Positions 27,560-36,299 of a stretch of DNA of 64,000 bases are shown in pieces. The stretch comes from Candidatus Latescibacterota bacterium (GTDB lineage: Bacteria > Latescibacterota > UBA2968), in NCBI GenBank assembly GCA_965204745.1, contig OZ242010.1:1952001-2016000 (forward strand), in the 5' to 3' direction. Both the position numbers and the translations under genes were made by a program. Position 1 is the first letter of the stretch. Every line of letters starts with the position of its first letter. The notes under the pieces were generated by a model, which was not told the DNA's origin, made no database searches, and worked only from the letters and a program-made list of their open reading frames with translations.

Positions 27560-27743
27560 GGGCATGCAGTATGAGCGACGGACAAAACCCGTTGCCCCAG
27601 GTGGCCCCGGTCCGGGGGATGATGGCGATAGCGGCCCGGCGCGGCCAAAGGTGGAGCGGCCGGATACGCGCGATTTGATGCGGCGCATGCGGCGCGTGGA
27701 TCCCAATCAGGCGCGGCGGTATCGCCAGCGAACAGGCGAGTAG
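27552..27743 (+). CDS. ubact: Ubiquitin-like modifier UBact (Pup analog)
   Basis: 63 aa, G/P/D-rich and likely disordered, ending RMRRVDPNQARRYRQRTGE; lies between dop and prcB; RBS AAGGAGG. Confidence 0.92.
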   Translation: MDKGMQYERRTKPVAPGGPGPGDDGDSGPARPKVERPDTRDLMRRMRRVDPNQARRYRQRTGE

Positions 27744-27746
27744 CCC

Positions 27747-28550
27747 ATGGTATCGGGTGGAGATTTTGTCGATTTGTTGCGGCAAACGGGCTATCGGTTC
27801 CCGGGCGAGCAGTTGGGCGATGCCGCAGGGGATCGCGCCTTGCCTTTTGAGCCGACAGAGGGCACGACCATTTTGGCGTTTCAATACGCCGATGGGGTGC
27901 TCGTTGCGGGGGATCGGCGCGCGACCGCAGGCAATATGGTGCTTTACGACCGTGCGGATAAGGTGATCGATTTGGATGCGTATTCGGTGATGGCGATTTC
28001 CGGGTCCCCGTCTGTGGCATTTGAGATCGCGCGCATTTTGGAGCACGCGTTTCAGTATTATCGCCGCCGCTTGCTCCAAGAGATGAGTTTGCAGGCCAAG
28101 TTGCGCCGGCTGTCGCTGTTGATCAAAGACAACTTGCCCCTGGCCATGCAGGGCATCGGCGCGGTGATTCCGGTGTTTGCGACGTATGACCTGCGGGATG
28201 CGCGAGGAAAAATTTACTTTTACGACGCGTTGGGCGCGCAGTTTGAAAGCGCGGATTTTACGACTACGGGATCGGGTTCGCCTGCGATTCGCGGGGCGAT
28301 GTACTATCTCAATCGCTGGAGTGGTCGGCGGTTTGTGGAAATGGATCGGGAGACAGCGATTGGGCACGCCTTGCAGCTTTTGGATACGGCGTCTGAGTAC
28401 GATTCGGCCACCGGGCGATACGAGCGGGCCGCGGATATTTTTCCGTCTGTCAAGACGATTACCGCGGCTGGGTTGGCAGAGGTCGAGACCGAAGAGTTGC
28501 GGCGGCTTTACGCGCAATACGTCGATGGAGAGGAGGCGAGACGCGCATGA
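27747..28550 (+). CDS. prcB: 20S proteasome beta subunit
   Basis: Propeptide then G|TTILAF.Y.DGVL.AGDRRAT; GSGS motif. Confidence 0.92.
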   Translation: MVSGGDFVDLLRQTGYRFPGEQLGDAAGDRALPFEPTEGTTILAFQYADGVLVAGDRRATAGNMVLYDRADKVIDLDAYSVMAISGSPSVAFEIARILEHAFQYYRRRLLQEMSLQAKLRRLSLLIKDNLPLAMQGIGAVIPVFATYDLRDARGKIYFYDALGAQFESADFTTTGSGSPAIRGAMYYLNRWSGRRFVEMDRETAIGHALQLLDTASEYDSATGRYERAADIFPSVKTITAAGLAEVETEELRRLYAQYVDGEEARRA

Positions 28551-29341
28551 TGTGGTCGGACGAACCGTATCGCTGGGCCGAGGCGGTTGCCAATCGGCGG
28601 GAGTACATCGAGGATCAAATCCGGCCGGGCAGCCCGGTGGTGGGCGTGGGCTATGACGATGGCATTTTGTTGCTGACCCTGTCGCAGAGTCAGCAAAAAT
28701 TGTTTGAGGTGTACGATTGCATCGGGCTTGCGGGCATTGGGCATTCCACGGATATCGAGAAGCTCCGGCAGGCGGCGATTGATATGGCGCACGCGATTGG
28801 GTTTAATTATTCCGCAGACGATGTGACGCTGCGTCAAATTGTGTACTTTGGCTTGGGCCCCGCGATGAAGGCGGGTTTTGACGATGTGGTGCGGTCGCCA
28901 TTTTTGGCGCGCGTGCTCCTCGCCGAGTTGGATGGGCAAGAAGGCGCGCAGGTGTTTTATACGGTGGATTACGATGGCGCGTTTCACCGGCGCGAAAAAT
29001 GGGCTGTTTTGGGCGGCGTTGCCGAGGCCGATTTGATGATGGAACGCGCGTTTTCAGAGTTGGATACGGCGTCCTCGCCCCTCACAGATGCTGCGGATGT
29101 CGCCCTTCGCGCTTGGGCCATGGGGCGATGGGTGGGAACGATAGAGGAGGTGCCGGACGATGTCGCGGAGCTCGAGGAGATGGCAACGTCCGTGGATGTG
29201 GATGAGGTGCTCGAGGCCGAGTTGAAAAATTTAGAGGTGGAGGCGGTGGTGCTCGAGCGGTCCCTGATAAAAAAAAACAAATACCGCAATTTGGATGCCG
29301 ATGAAATCGCGGCCACGCTGGCGCGGTTCAAGGCGGATTGA
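28547..29341 (+). CDS. prcA: 20S proteasome alpha subunit
   Basis: GSPVVG..Y.DGILL, KLFEVYD.I, Y...DVT.R, SPFLARVL.AEL; follows prcB. Confidence 0.88.
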   Translation: MMWSDEPYRWAEAVANRREYIEDQIRPGSPVVGVGYDDGILLLTLSQSQQKLFEVYDCIGLAGIGHSTDIEKLRQAAIDMAHAIGFNYSADDVTLRQIVYFGLGPAMKAGFDDVVRSPFLARVLLAELDGQEGAQVFYTVDYDGAFHRREKWAVLGGVAEADLMMERAFSELDTASSPLTDAADVALRAWAMGRWVGTIEEVPDDVAELEEMATSVDVDEVLEAELKNLEVEAVVLERSLIKKNKYRNLDADEIAATLARFKAD

Positions 29342-29348
29342 GGATTGC

Positions 29349-30806
29349 ATGAGAGATCGCATTTTTGGTTTGGAGACCGAGTACGGGTGTTTGGCACCCG
29401 AACGCGATGGCTTTGTGAGTCCAGACGCGATTTCGGTCAAGGTGAAGGATCACATTTTTTTTGTGGATCGAATCGGGATTGTGGATATCCACTATCGCGG
29501 GCGAGACGAACCCCCGGGCAATGGGGGTTTTCTCTTGAATGCCGGGCGCGTGTATATCGACATGGGGCATTTGGAATACGCCACCCCCGAATGCGCGGGC
29601 CTGTGGGATATCGTGGCGTTTGATCGGGCCGGGGATCTCATTTTCCACCGGGCATTGCAGGCACTCGGCTCGGGCAAGGAAGCGTCGTTTTTGAAGAATA
29701 ACATCGATCACTATACGGGGGCGACATTTGGCTGCCATGAAAATTACCTGATTCGGCGCCATGTGCCATTTTCCACGGTGGTGATTCCCGCGCTGTTGCC
29801 GTTTTTGGTGACGCGCCAAATTTTTTGCGGCGCGGGTCGCGTGGGCAGTTATGACGACAGTTTTTATTATTACGGCCGCGATGCGCGAGATACTGCGGAG
29901 AGAGAAGACCCGGTGACTTTTCAGATTTCCCAACGTGCGGATCACATCGTGACGGAGATCTATCAGTGGATTCAGTTTTCGCGTGCGATTATCAATACGC
30001 GGGATGAGCCGCTAGCCGATCACAGCAAGTATCGCCGGTTGCACCTTTTGGTGGGCGATTCAAATATGTCGGAGTATGCCACGGCATTGAAAATTGGTAC
30101 GACTGCGATGGTGCTCAATCTGTTGGAGCGAAAGATTTTTCCGCACGATCTCAGCTTGGGGGATCCGGTGTGGGCACTCAAAGAGATTTCGCGCGATCCA
30201 ACGCACAAATGGTTGCTGTACCGGTACAATGGCCGAAGCATTTCGGCGATTGATATCCAGCGCGAGTATTTGGCCTTGGCGCAACGCCACTTGAGGGGGC
30301 TGGATGCAGAGTCGGATTGGGTGCTCGATGCGTGGGAGCGCACGCTCGATGATTTGGAGGCCGATCCCATGCAACTGTCGGATCGGTTGGACTGGGTGGC
30401 GAAGAAGTGGTTGCTGAATGCGTTCCGCGAATCGGAAAATTTGAGTTGGAATGATCCGTGGTTGCAGAGTTTGGATTTGGAATACCACAATATCGATCCC
30501 AATCGCGGGTTGTATTTCGATCTGGAGCAACAGGGCAGGATGCAGCGCGTGTTGACCGATGATCAAATTGAACGCGCCTGCCTGACGCCTCCAATAGATA
30601 CGCGGGCAAAAGCGCGAGCCGCACTGGTGAAGACGCTGTCGGAGAACCGGATGCGGTACATTGTGGATTGGGATTCGGTGTATTTGGAAAATGAACACCA
30701 CTTGAATCTGCGCGATCCGTTTTGCACGTACGACGAGGAAGTCGCAGAGCTTTCTCGGGAGATCAAAGTCGAATCGCGGACAATTGATGCGAGGCGGAGG
30801 CGGTGA
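29349..30806 (+). CDS. pafA: PafA-type modifier ligase
   Basis: [66 protein letters not shown]. Confidence 0.92.
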   Translation: MRDRIFGLETEYGCLAPERDGFVSPDAISVKVKDHIFFVDRIGIVDIHYRGRDEPPGNGGFLLNAGRVYIDMGHLEYATPECAGLWDIVAFDRAGDLIFHRALQALGSGKEASFLKNNIDHYTGATFGCHENYLIRRHVPFSTVVIPALLPFLVTRQIFCGAGRVGSYDDSFYYYGRDARDTAEREDPVTFQISQRADHIVTEIYQWIQFSRAIINTRDEPLADHSKYRRLHLLVGDSNMSEYATALKIGTTAMVLNLLERKIFPHDLSLGDPVWALKEISRDPTHKWLLYRYNGRSISAIDIQREYLALAQRHLRGLDAESDWVLDAWERTLDDLEADPMQLSDRLDWVAKKWLLNAFRESENLSWNDPWLQSLDLEYHNIDPNRGLYFDLEQQGRMQRVLTDDQIERACLTPPIDTRAKARAALVKTLSENRMRYIVDWDSVYLENEHHLNLRDPFCTYDEEVAELSREIKVESRTIDARRRR

Positions 30807-31086
30807 GAGGTGAGAGGTGAGAGGTGAGAGGTGAGAGGTGAGAGGTGAGAGGTGAGAGGTGAGAGGTGAGAGGTGAGAGGTGAGAGGTGAGAGGTGAGAG
30901 GTGAGAGGTGAGAGGTGAGAGGTGAGAGGTGAGAGGTGAGAGGTGAGAGGTGAGAGGTGAGAGGTGAGAGGTGAGAGGTGAGAGGTGAGAGGTGAGAGGT
31001 GAGAGGTGAGAGGTGAGAGGTGAGAGGTGAGGCAAGAGGTGAGAGGCAAGAGGTGAGAGGCGAGAGGCGAGAGGCGAGAGGCGAGA
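30802..31086 (+). repeat. Heptamer tandem array (GGTGAGA)x32 plus degenerate GGCAAGA/GGCGAGA units
   Basis: Read directly: perfect units span 30802-31025; the first unit supplies the pafA TGA stop. Confidence 0.97.
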
Positions 31087-31140
31087 TCGTAGGGGCGCGG
31101 CCCCAGTGTCGCCCACAAGATACAAGAGGAGAGGCGCAAT

Positions 31141-32037
31141 ATGGACAATTGGGTAACTCGTGAAAGAGCAGAGAAATTACTTGCCGAAGCCGGCATAATA
31201 GGTCACTTAAAGAACATAGGGCGTGGTCCCCTACCTTGGATAGGTCTCATTGGCACTATTGCTTCTATTGTTAGTCTTGGGCTTGATCTCTTTCCTCAAT
31301 GGGCAATCATCTTTGCCGTTGTTATTTGTTCTACTTTTATCGCAACTGGATTTTGGCACTATCGTAACAGGAAGAACCGTGCAGAAGAGATCCTGTTTGG
31401 TCACATCACTGCGACAGAACATCTCGTATCTTCCTTCACATATATTCACCAACTTATTCACGATACGCGCAATTCTTTTTTGCTCGAAAATTTTCAAGAC
31501 GCTCGCAAGAGTGATGAAAGCTATGATATATTTTGGGCATTGGTCATTGTGAAAGCAATCAACAACATTCAATATATGATTACAGAAGCTATTGGCATGT
31601 CTTGTTATGTCAATCTGATGATCCCTTCAAGAGATGATTCAAACTTATTGGTGTCCTCTTGGTGGTCGGAAAATACCCCTTCTGAACGAAAAGAGAAATT
31701 TCCTCCAACTCAAATACCTATAGGCCACGGGATCGCAGGCAAGGCTTTTGCAGAGATGAAGGTATATGTTGTTGGAAATGTGCAAAATTTTCCCGGTTTT
31801 GTACCAAGAGGTGGAGATGAGCCTTATACCAGTGTGATTTCTTGTCCATTTCGAGTACAAGGGAAACCCGCAGGCGTCTTAAATATAGATTGTAAAGATG
31901 AAAACGCATTTGAACCTGAAGAGATTAAGTTTTTGGTTCAAGCTACCGCTGATACTCTAGCACTGATTTTGCAGATGCAAGAATACGAGCAGTCTTTATT
32001 TTTAGAAATTCACAATCTCCGGTCATCAAATTCATAA
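31141..32037 (+). CDS. Membrane protein with two N-terminal TM helices and a C-terminal GAF domain (AT-rich gene)
   Basis: Two hydrophobic segments; [12 protein letters not shown]....V.V.NV...PGF....YTSVISCPF....PAGVLNID. Confidence 0.8.
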   Translation: MDNWVTRERAEKLLAEAGIIGHLKNIGRGPLPWIGLIGTIASIVSLGLDLFPQWAIIFAVVICSTFIATGFWHYRNRKNRAEEILFGHITATEHLVSSFTYIHQLIHDTRNSFLLENFQDARKSDESYDIFWALVIVKAINNIQYMITEAIGMSCYVNLMIPSRDDSNLLVSSWWSENTPSERKEKFPPTQIPIGHGIAGKAFAEMKVYVVGNVQNFPGFVPRGGDEPYTSVISCPFRVQGKPAGVLNIDCKDENAFEPEEIKFLVQATADTLALILQMQEYEQSLFLEIHNLRSSNS

Positions 32038-32111
32038 AAATTGCCCTTTGATGAGGAGTAAATTTGGTATTATATTGTAATATCTGTAAACGCTATCCAT
32101 GGAGGAGTTCG

Positions 32112-32291
32112 ATGAAAAAAGAAGTTTATCCTCTGCCCATAAAAAAGTTGTCGCTTGGTGAGTTGCTGGAAAAAGGTAATGAGGTGATCCTACAGCAACG
32201 TGCGGAAACGGCGAGAAAAATGGCTGAGATCTTTGACGCTGCCAAAAAATATGGTTTGGACAAAAAAGAGCCCCCCGAGGGTCAGGGGTAA
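32112..32291 (+). CDS. Small hypothetical protein (59 aa)
   Basis: RBS GGAGGA; upstream TTGATG-17 nt-TATATT (32048-32076); downstream terminator. Confidence 0.5.
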   Translation: MKKEVYPLPIKKLSLGELLEKGNEVILQQRAETARKMAEIFDAAKKYGLDKKEPPEGQG

Positions 32292-32428
32292 AGGGTGCCT
32301 CTGAATAAGGTGACTATCGAAACCATAGAAGTCTCTCAAAGAGCGTATCATGAGGTCCTTTTAGCGAATAGGATTGGAGACAGGTACGTCACTAAATGTA
32401 TCACACATTGCCATAGATTTTCGCCAGC

Positions 32429-32462
32429 AAAAAAGCCGGTCACATTGTGATCGGCTTTTTTT
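32429..32462. terminator. Bidirectional intrinsic terminator
   Basis: AAAAAAGCCGGTCAC-a-TTGTGATCGGCTTTTTTT. Confidence 0.7.
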
Positions 32463-32558
32463 GTTTGAGAAGCAATCCGTTGTACCCCATGCCCATGCCC
32501 ATTCATCAACGGAGCGCATCGGGTTTTGGGCGGTTGGGTGGGGACTGACCACTGACTA

Positions 32559-32961
32559 GGTTGTGTTGACATTTACGAGCCATGCACCGGCTTGAGCGGT
32601 TTATCGAGAAAATCAAGCCCTGACGTTCCTCAGTTCAAAGCAGGCATCACAACAAGTGCCCTCGCAAAACCCCTCCGATCAAGCCATCACGCACAGCGCG
32701 CAAGGCCGTTTCGCAACCAACATCCCTGTTGCAACCCACTTTGCAGGCTGGCGCATATCGTTCTGTTACAAAAGCGATTTGCGCTGTGCAAGCCTCTCGG
32801 CGTTTGAGAGCGGCATTTTTTGCTTACTTTTTTTTGCTGTTGAAAAAAAGTAAGTCGCCGAAGGCATCGGAGGCAACAAACGAGGCTGTAGTACCAAACG
32901 CATTAAATCAGCAAGCAACACGTTTGTTTAACGTCATAAAAAATAAAATGTCAACACAACC
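32559..32961. mobile_element. Non-autonomous MITE (403 bp) with IS5-type ends
   Basis: TIRs GGTTGTGTTGACATTT / AAATGTCAACACAACC (15/16 to the IS at 9721); TA duplication; inserted in an ACTGACC heptamer run; no transposase. Confidence 0.88.
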
Positions 32962-32988
32962 TACTGACCACTGACCACTCGTCTTGGA

Positions 32989-33567
32989 TTATCCCCGCCG
33001 GCCTCTACCGCGGCGGCGGGAGTCGTGGCGAGAGCCCATGGGCAGGTAGGTGCGGGCGATTTTTTGGCTGGCGCGGTCGAGCTTGGTGAAATCGGAGATT
33101 TTGTAGCGTTTGCGCGTGATGGTGTCTGTGAAGACTACTTCGGGAAATGCGTTGAGGTTTTGGTTTTGGTCGCCGCGCAGGGTGAAGCGCGTGGGGCCTT
33201 CTCCGGTGGTGACGTGCCAGACCGCGCCGCCCTGTTTGCCGGTTTCGATGGCGCGGAGGGATTGAATGATGGGGATGTCGTAGCGGGCTTTGAGGTGTGC
33301 TTCGAGCGAGGTGCGCGCGCCTGCATTTAAGCCGTTGAGCGTGGGCAAAAGCCCGAGTTCTGCGCCGGTTTCATCGCGGAGGCTGATCCAGCGATCCGGC
33401 GTTGTGAAGGGAAAACAGCGCACCGCTCGCTCGACAGTCAATTCCTCGGCATTGGCGATGAGGAGGAGGCCCGCGCCGTTTGGGCGAATGTCGATGGCGT
33501 GCGGGACGAGTTGGTGTTGGGTGACGAGGTTGATGGCCGGGACAAAAGGAGAGACGTGATCGGGCAT
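32989..33567 (-). CDS. DUF1854-like protein
   Basis: VRCFPFT.PD.WISL.D..G.ELG, Y.IP.I..L, W.V.T..G...F; adjacent to an ABC exporter. Confidence 0.7.
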   Translation of the reverse strand: MPDHVSPFVPAINLVTQHQLVPHAIDIRPNGAGLLLIANAEELTVERAVRCFPFTTPDRWISLRDETGAELGLLPTLNGLNAGARTSLEAHLKARYDIPIIQSLRAIETGKQGGAVWHVTTGEGPTRFTLRGDQNQNLNAFPEVVFTDTITRKRYKISDFTKLDRASQKIARTYLPMGSRHDSRRRGRGRRG

Positions 33568-33597
33568 GGGCGAGTCCTTTGTGTGACGATAGATGGC

Positions 33598-35391
33598 CTA
33601 CGAGATGGGGTTTTCTGCGAGGGCAAATTGCATGTCGCACAAGTGAGCGTACAAGCCAGCGCTGGCGAGCAGTTGGGCATGGGTGCCGGATTCCACGATT
33701 TTGCCGCGGTCGATGACGTAGAGACAATCGGCGCGGCGCACGGTGGATAGGCGATGGGCGATAGCAAAGGTGGTGCGCCCTGCCATGAGGCGTTCGAGGG
33801 CTTTTTGAATGAGCATCTCGGTTTCCGTATCGACAGAGGACGTGGCTTCGTCGAGGATGAGGATGCGCGGGTCGTTGAGGATGGCGCGGCCGATAGAGAT
33901 GCGTTGTTTTTCACCGCCGGATAAGCGCACGCCCCGCTCGCCGATGTGCGTGTCGTAAGCATCGGGAAAGTTGCAGACAAAGTCGTGTGCGTTGGCCATC
34001 ATCGCGGCGTTGATGATGTCGTCTTCGGTGGCGTTGAGTTTGCCGTAGGCGATGTTTTCGCGGATGGTGCCGTTGAAGAGGAATGGCTCTTGCAAGACCA
34101 TGCCGATTTGCCCGCGCAAGGATGCGCGTTGCATGTTTTTGAGGTCGCGGTCATCCACGCGCACCGCGCCAGCATCCGGGTCGTAGAAGCGGCATATCAA
34201 ATTGATCATGGTGGTTTTGCCCGCGCCGCTAGGGCCGACAAGGCCGATGAGTTGCCCGGGTTGGACTGCGAAGGAGACGTCGTTGAGCACGGCCGGGCCG
34301 CGTTCGTACGCGAAGACGACGTTTTGAAATTCGACGTAGCCGTCCAAGCGGGCAAAGGCGCGGGCCTTGGGGGCGTCTTTGATTTCGGGCTGGGTGTCGA
34401 GGATTTCAAAAATGCGGCGGGCCGAGGCCGCGGCGCGCACGATGGTGTCGTTGATGCGGGTCAGGCTTTCCACGGGGCCGTAGAACCGCCAGAGATAGCT
34501 TTGAAAGGCAAAGAGGGTGCCGATGGTGAGGTCGCCCAAGATGATCTGCCGCCCGCCGAAGAAGAGGATGAGGAGAGGGCCCATCGAAATAATCAAGCGG
34601 GCCAAGGGAAAGAAGGCCACGCGGATTTTGATGAGGGTGATGCTGATGTCGAGAAAGGCTTTGCACTTTTGGGTGAAGCGCGACAACTCGTGGCCCTCGC
34701 GGGCAAAGCACTTGATCACGCGGATGCCCGATAGGTTGTCTTGCAACAACGCGCTGATGTCGGCGATGCGCTCGCGTGCCATCGTGTAGTAGGGCCGCAC
34801 TTTGTGGTTGTAGAGGAGGATGAGGACGCTGTACATCGGCAGCGGGGCCAAGGTGATGAGGGCGAGTTCAAAGCTGAGGCCAAAGAGAATGCTGCCAAAG
34901 ATCAGGATGGTCGCGACGTTGAGGAGCACGCGCTCTAAGGTGTCGGTGATGGTGTTTTGCAGGGATTCGACATCTGCTGTGACGCGGGACATGAGTTCGC
35001 CGGTGCTGCGGTCATTGTAAAAACGCAATCCCAAGTGTTGGAGATGGTCATAGACTTGCACGCGCAGGCCGAAGAGGATTTCCTGCCCGACCCGGTTGAG
35101 CAAGTAGCGGTTGATGAAGCCAAAAAAGGTGCGGAGAATGTAAATTCCCAACAGGATGAGGGCGTAGAATTGCAGCAGGTCAAAGTCGCTTGCGATTCGC
35201 TCGTCCAAGAAGTCGCCGCCGCTATAATGGCCGTCGCTGAAGTACGGGGTTAGGATGTTGTCGATCACCTCGCGCATGAGCAGGGGTTGCACGGCTTCGA
35301 GCGCGATGACGACGAGCGTGGCGCCGATGCCGATGATGGCGCGCCCGAGGTAGGGGCGAATGTAGGTGATGAGGCGGAGGAAGACGTCCAT
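33598..35391 (-). CDS. ABC transporter, fused permease/ATP-binding protein (MsbA-like exporter)
   Basis: TM domain; GPSGAGKTT; LSGGEKQRISI; ILILDEATS; IAHRLST. Confidence 0.95.
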   Translation of the reverse strand: MDVFLRLITYIRPYLGRAIIGIGATLVVIALEAVQPLLMREVIDNILTPYFSDGHYSGGDFLDERIASDFDLLQFYALILLGIYILRTFFGFINRYLLNRVGQEILFGLRVQVYDHLQHLGLRFYNDRSTGELMSRVTADVESLQNTITDTLERVLLNVATILIFGSILFGLSFELALITLAPLPMYSVLILLYNHKVRPYYTMARERIADISALLQDNLSGIRVIKCFAREGHELSRFTQKCKAFLDISITLIKIRVAFFPLARLIISMGPLLILFFGGRQIILGDLTIGTLFAFQSYLWRFYGPVESLTRINDTIVRAAASARRIFEILDTQPEIKDAPKARAFARLDGYVEFQNVVFAYERGPAVLNDVSFAVQPGQLIGLVGPSGAGKTTMINLICRFYDPDAGAVRVDDRDLKNMQRASLRGQIGMVLQEPFLFNGTIRENIAYGKLNATEDDIINAAMMANAHDFVCNFPDAYDTHIGERGVRLSGGEKQRISIGRAILNDPRILILDEATSSVDTETEMLIQKALERLMAGRTTFAIAHRLSTVRRADCLYVIDRGKIVESGTHAQLLASAGLYAHLCDMQFALAENPIS

Positions 35392-35410
35392 AAGCGGTAG
35401 GGGATGCGGA

Positions 35411-36034
35411 TCACGGGTTGACGATGTGGTCGGTGGAGACGACTTCGACGCCCCGTTGTCGCCACTCGGCAACCATGAGGTCGCCGCGTTCGGGGATGAT
35501 GGCTTGCGTGGCGTCGCGGACGAGTTGAATGGGGGCCGTGTCGCGCTTTAGGAAGCCGTTGATCGCATGCGCGTTGCACACGTCGAGGGCGACGCCGTAG
35601 AGGACGATGCGATCCGGGGCGATGGCGTTGAGCACGGGATCGACATGGGGATTGGTGAAGACGTCGAAGCGTTGTTTGCGAAAGAGGATTTCGCCGCGGT
35701 GGTTTTGCACTTGGGCGATGAGATCGGCAGGGGCGTCTGGGTCGATCCACAGGGGATTTTGCGGTCGGGTTTCGGGCACTTTTTGTTGCCCCGAGGTGCC
35801 GGCGATGCAATGGGGGGGAAAGGTGTTTTGAAAGTCTGGCCGGTCGGAGATTTCGGGGTCGTCCAAGCGGTGGTTGTCAACCGAGCCGAAGATGGGGATG
35901 CCCCGTTGTTGCGCGTGGCGCGTGAGGCGTTGGAGATTTGGCAAGATCGCTTCTGCGCCGGTGACGTAGAGGTCGCCGTCGGGCATGATGAAGTCGTATT
36001 GGGTATCCACGTCCCAGAAGATGACACGGGGCAC
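35411..36034 (-). CDS. Isochorismatase/nicotinamidase family cysteine hydrolase
   Basis: VDTQYDF...G.L.V, D.H, FPPHC..GT.G, K..FDVF.N, GVALDVC. Confidence 0.88.
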   Translation of the reverse strand: MPRVIFWDVDTQYDFIMPDGDLYVTGAEAILPNLQRLTRHAQQRGIPIFGSVDNHRLDDPEISDRPDFQNTFPPHCIAGTSGQQKVPETRPQNPLWIDPDAPADLIAQVQNHRGEILFRKQRFDVFTNPHVDPVLNAIAPDRIVLYGVALDVCNAHAINGFLKRDTAPIQLVRDATQAIIPERGDLMVAEWRQRGVEVVSTDHIVNP

Positions 36035-36114
36035 GATGGCCTCCTTTCCGCGGAAAATCCGTCGTCATGATAGGGCGTTGGGGAGAAAGACGCAACTGTT
36101 GATTGGGCGCGCCA

Positions 36115-36155
36115 AAAAAAGAAAATCCCCGGTGCGCTACGGCAACCGAGGATTT
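36115..36155 (-). terminator. Intrinsic terminator downstream of the (restored) CBS gene
   Basis: Minus strand AAATCCTCGGT-loop-ACCGGGGATTT-TCTTTTTT. Confidence 0.6.
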
Positions 36156-36299
36156 ATCGATCAGGCAACGAGGACGGATCCATGCGAACCTCCTGTTTTA
36201 CGATGCGCGCCAATCCAAGGTGACGAAGTCTTTGTACTGCGTCAGATACCTTTCTGTTGACCATTATTGAGCATCCAATCATGGTTCAACCAGTGCAAG

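Noticed and set aside
26015-27706. 563-aa minus-strand ORF and similar long antisense ORFs over hppA, arc, prcB, hisS and aspS
   Set aside because: Shadow frames of well-supported genes in GC-rich DNA, with no recognisable motifs.
27552-27743. Calling the modifier Pup
   Set aside because: The C-terminus is RTGE, not GG[QE], and the sequence fits UBact.
30060-31196. 378-aa minus-strand ORF with (SHLSPLT)n
   Set aside because: It is just the stop-free translation of the heptamer array plus the antisense of pafA.
36154-36183. Minus-strand micro-ORF MDPSSLPDR with an AGGAGG RBS
   Set aside because: Only 9 codons running into a terminator, with no further support; it may be a gene remnant.
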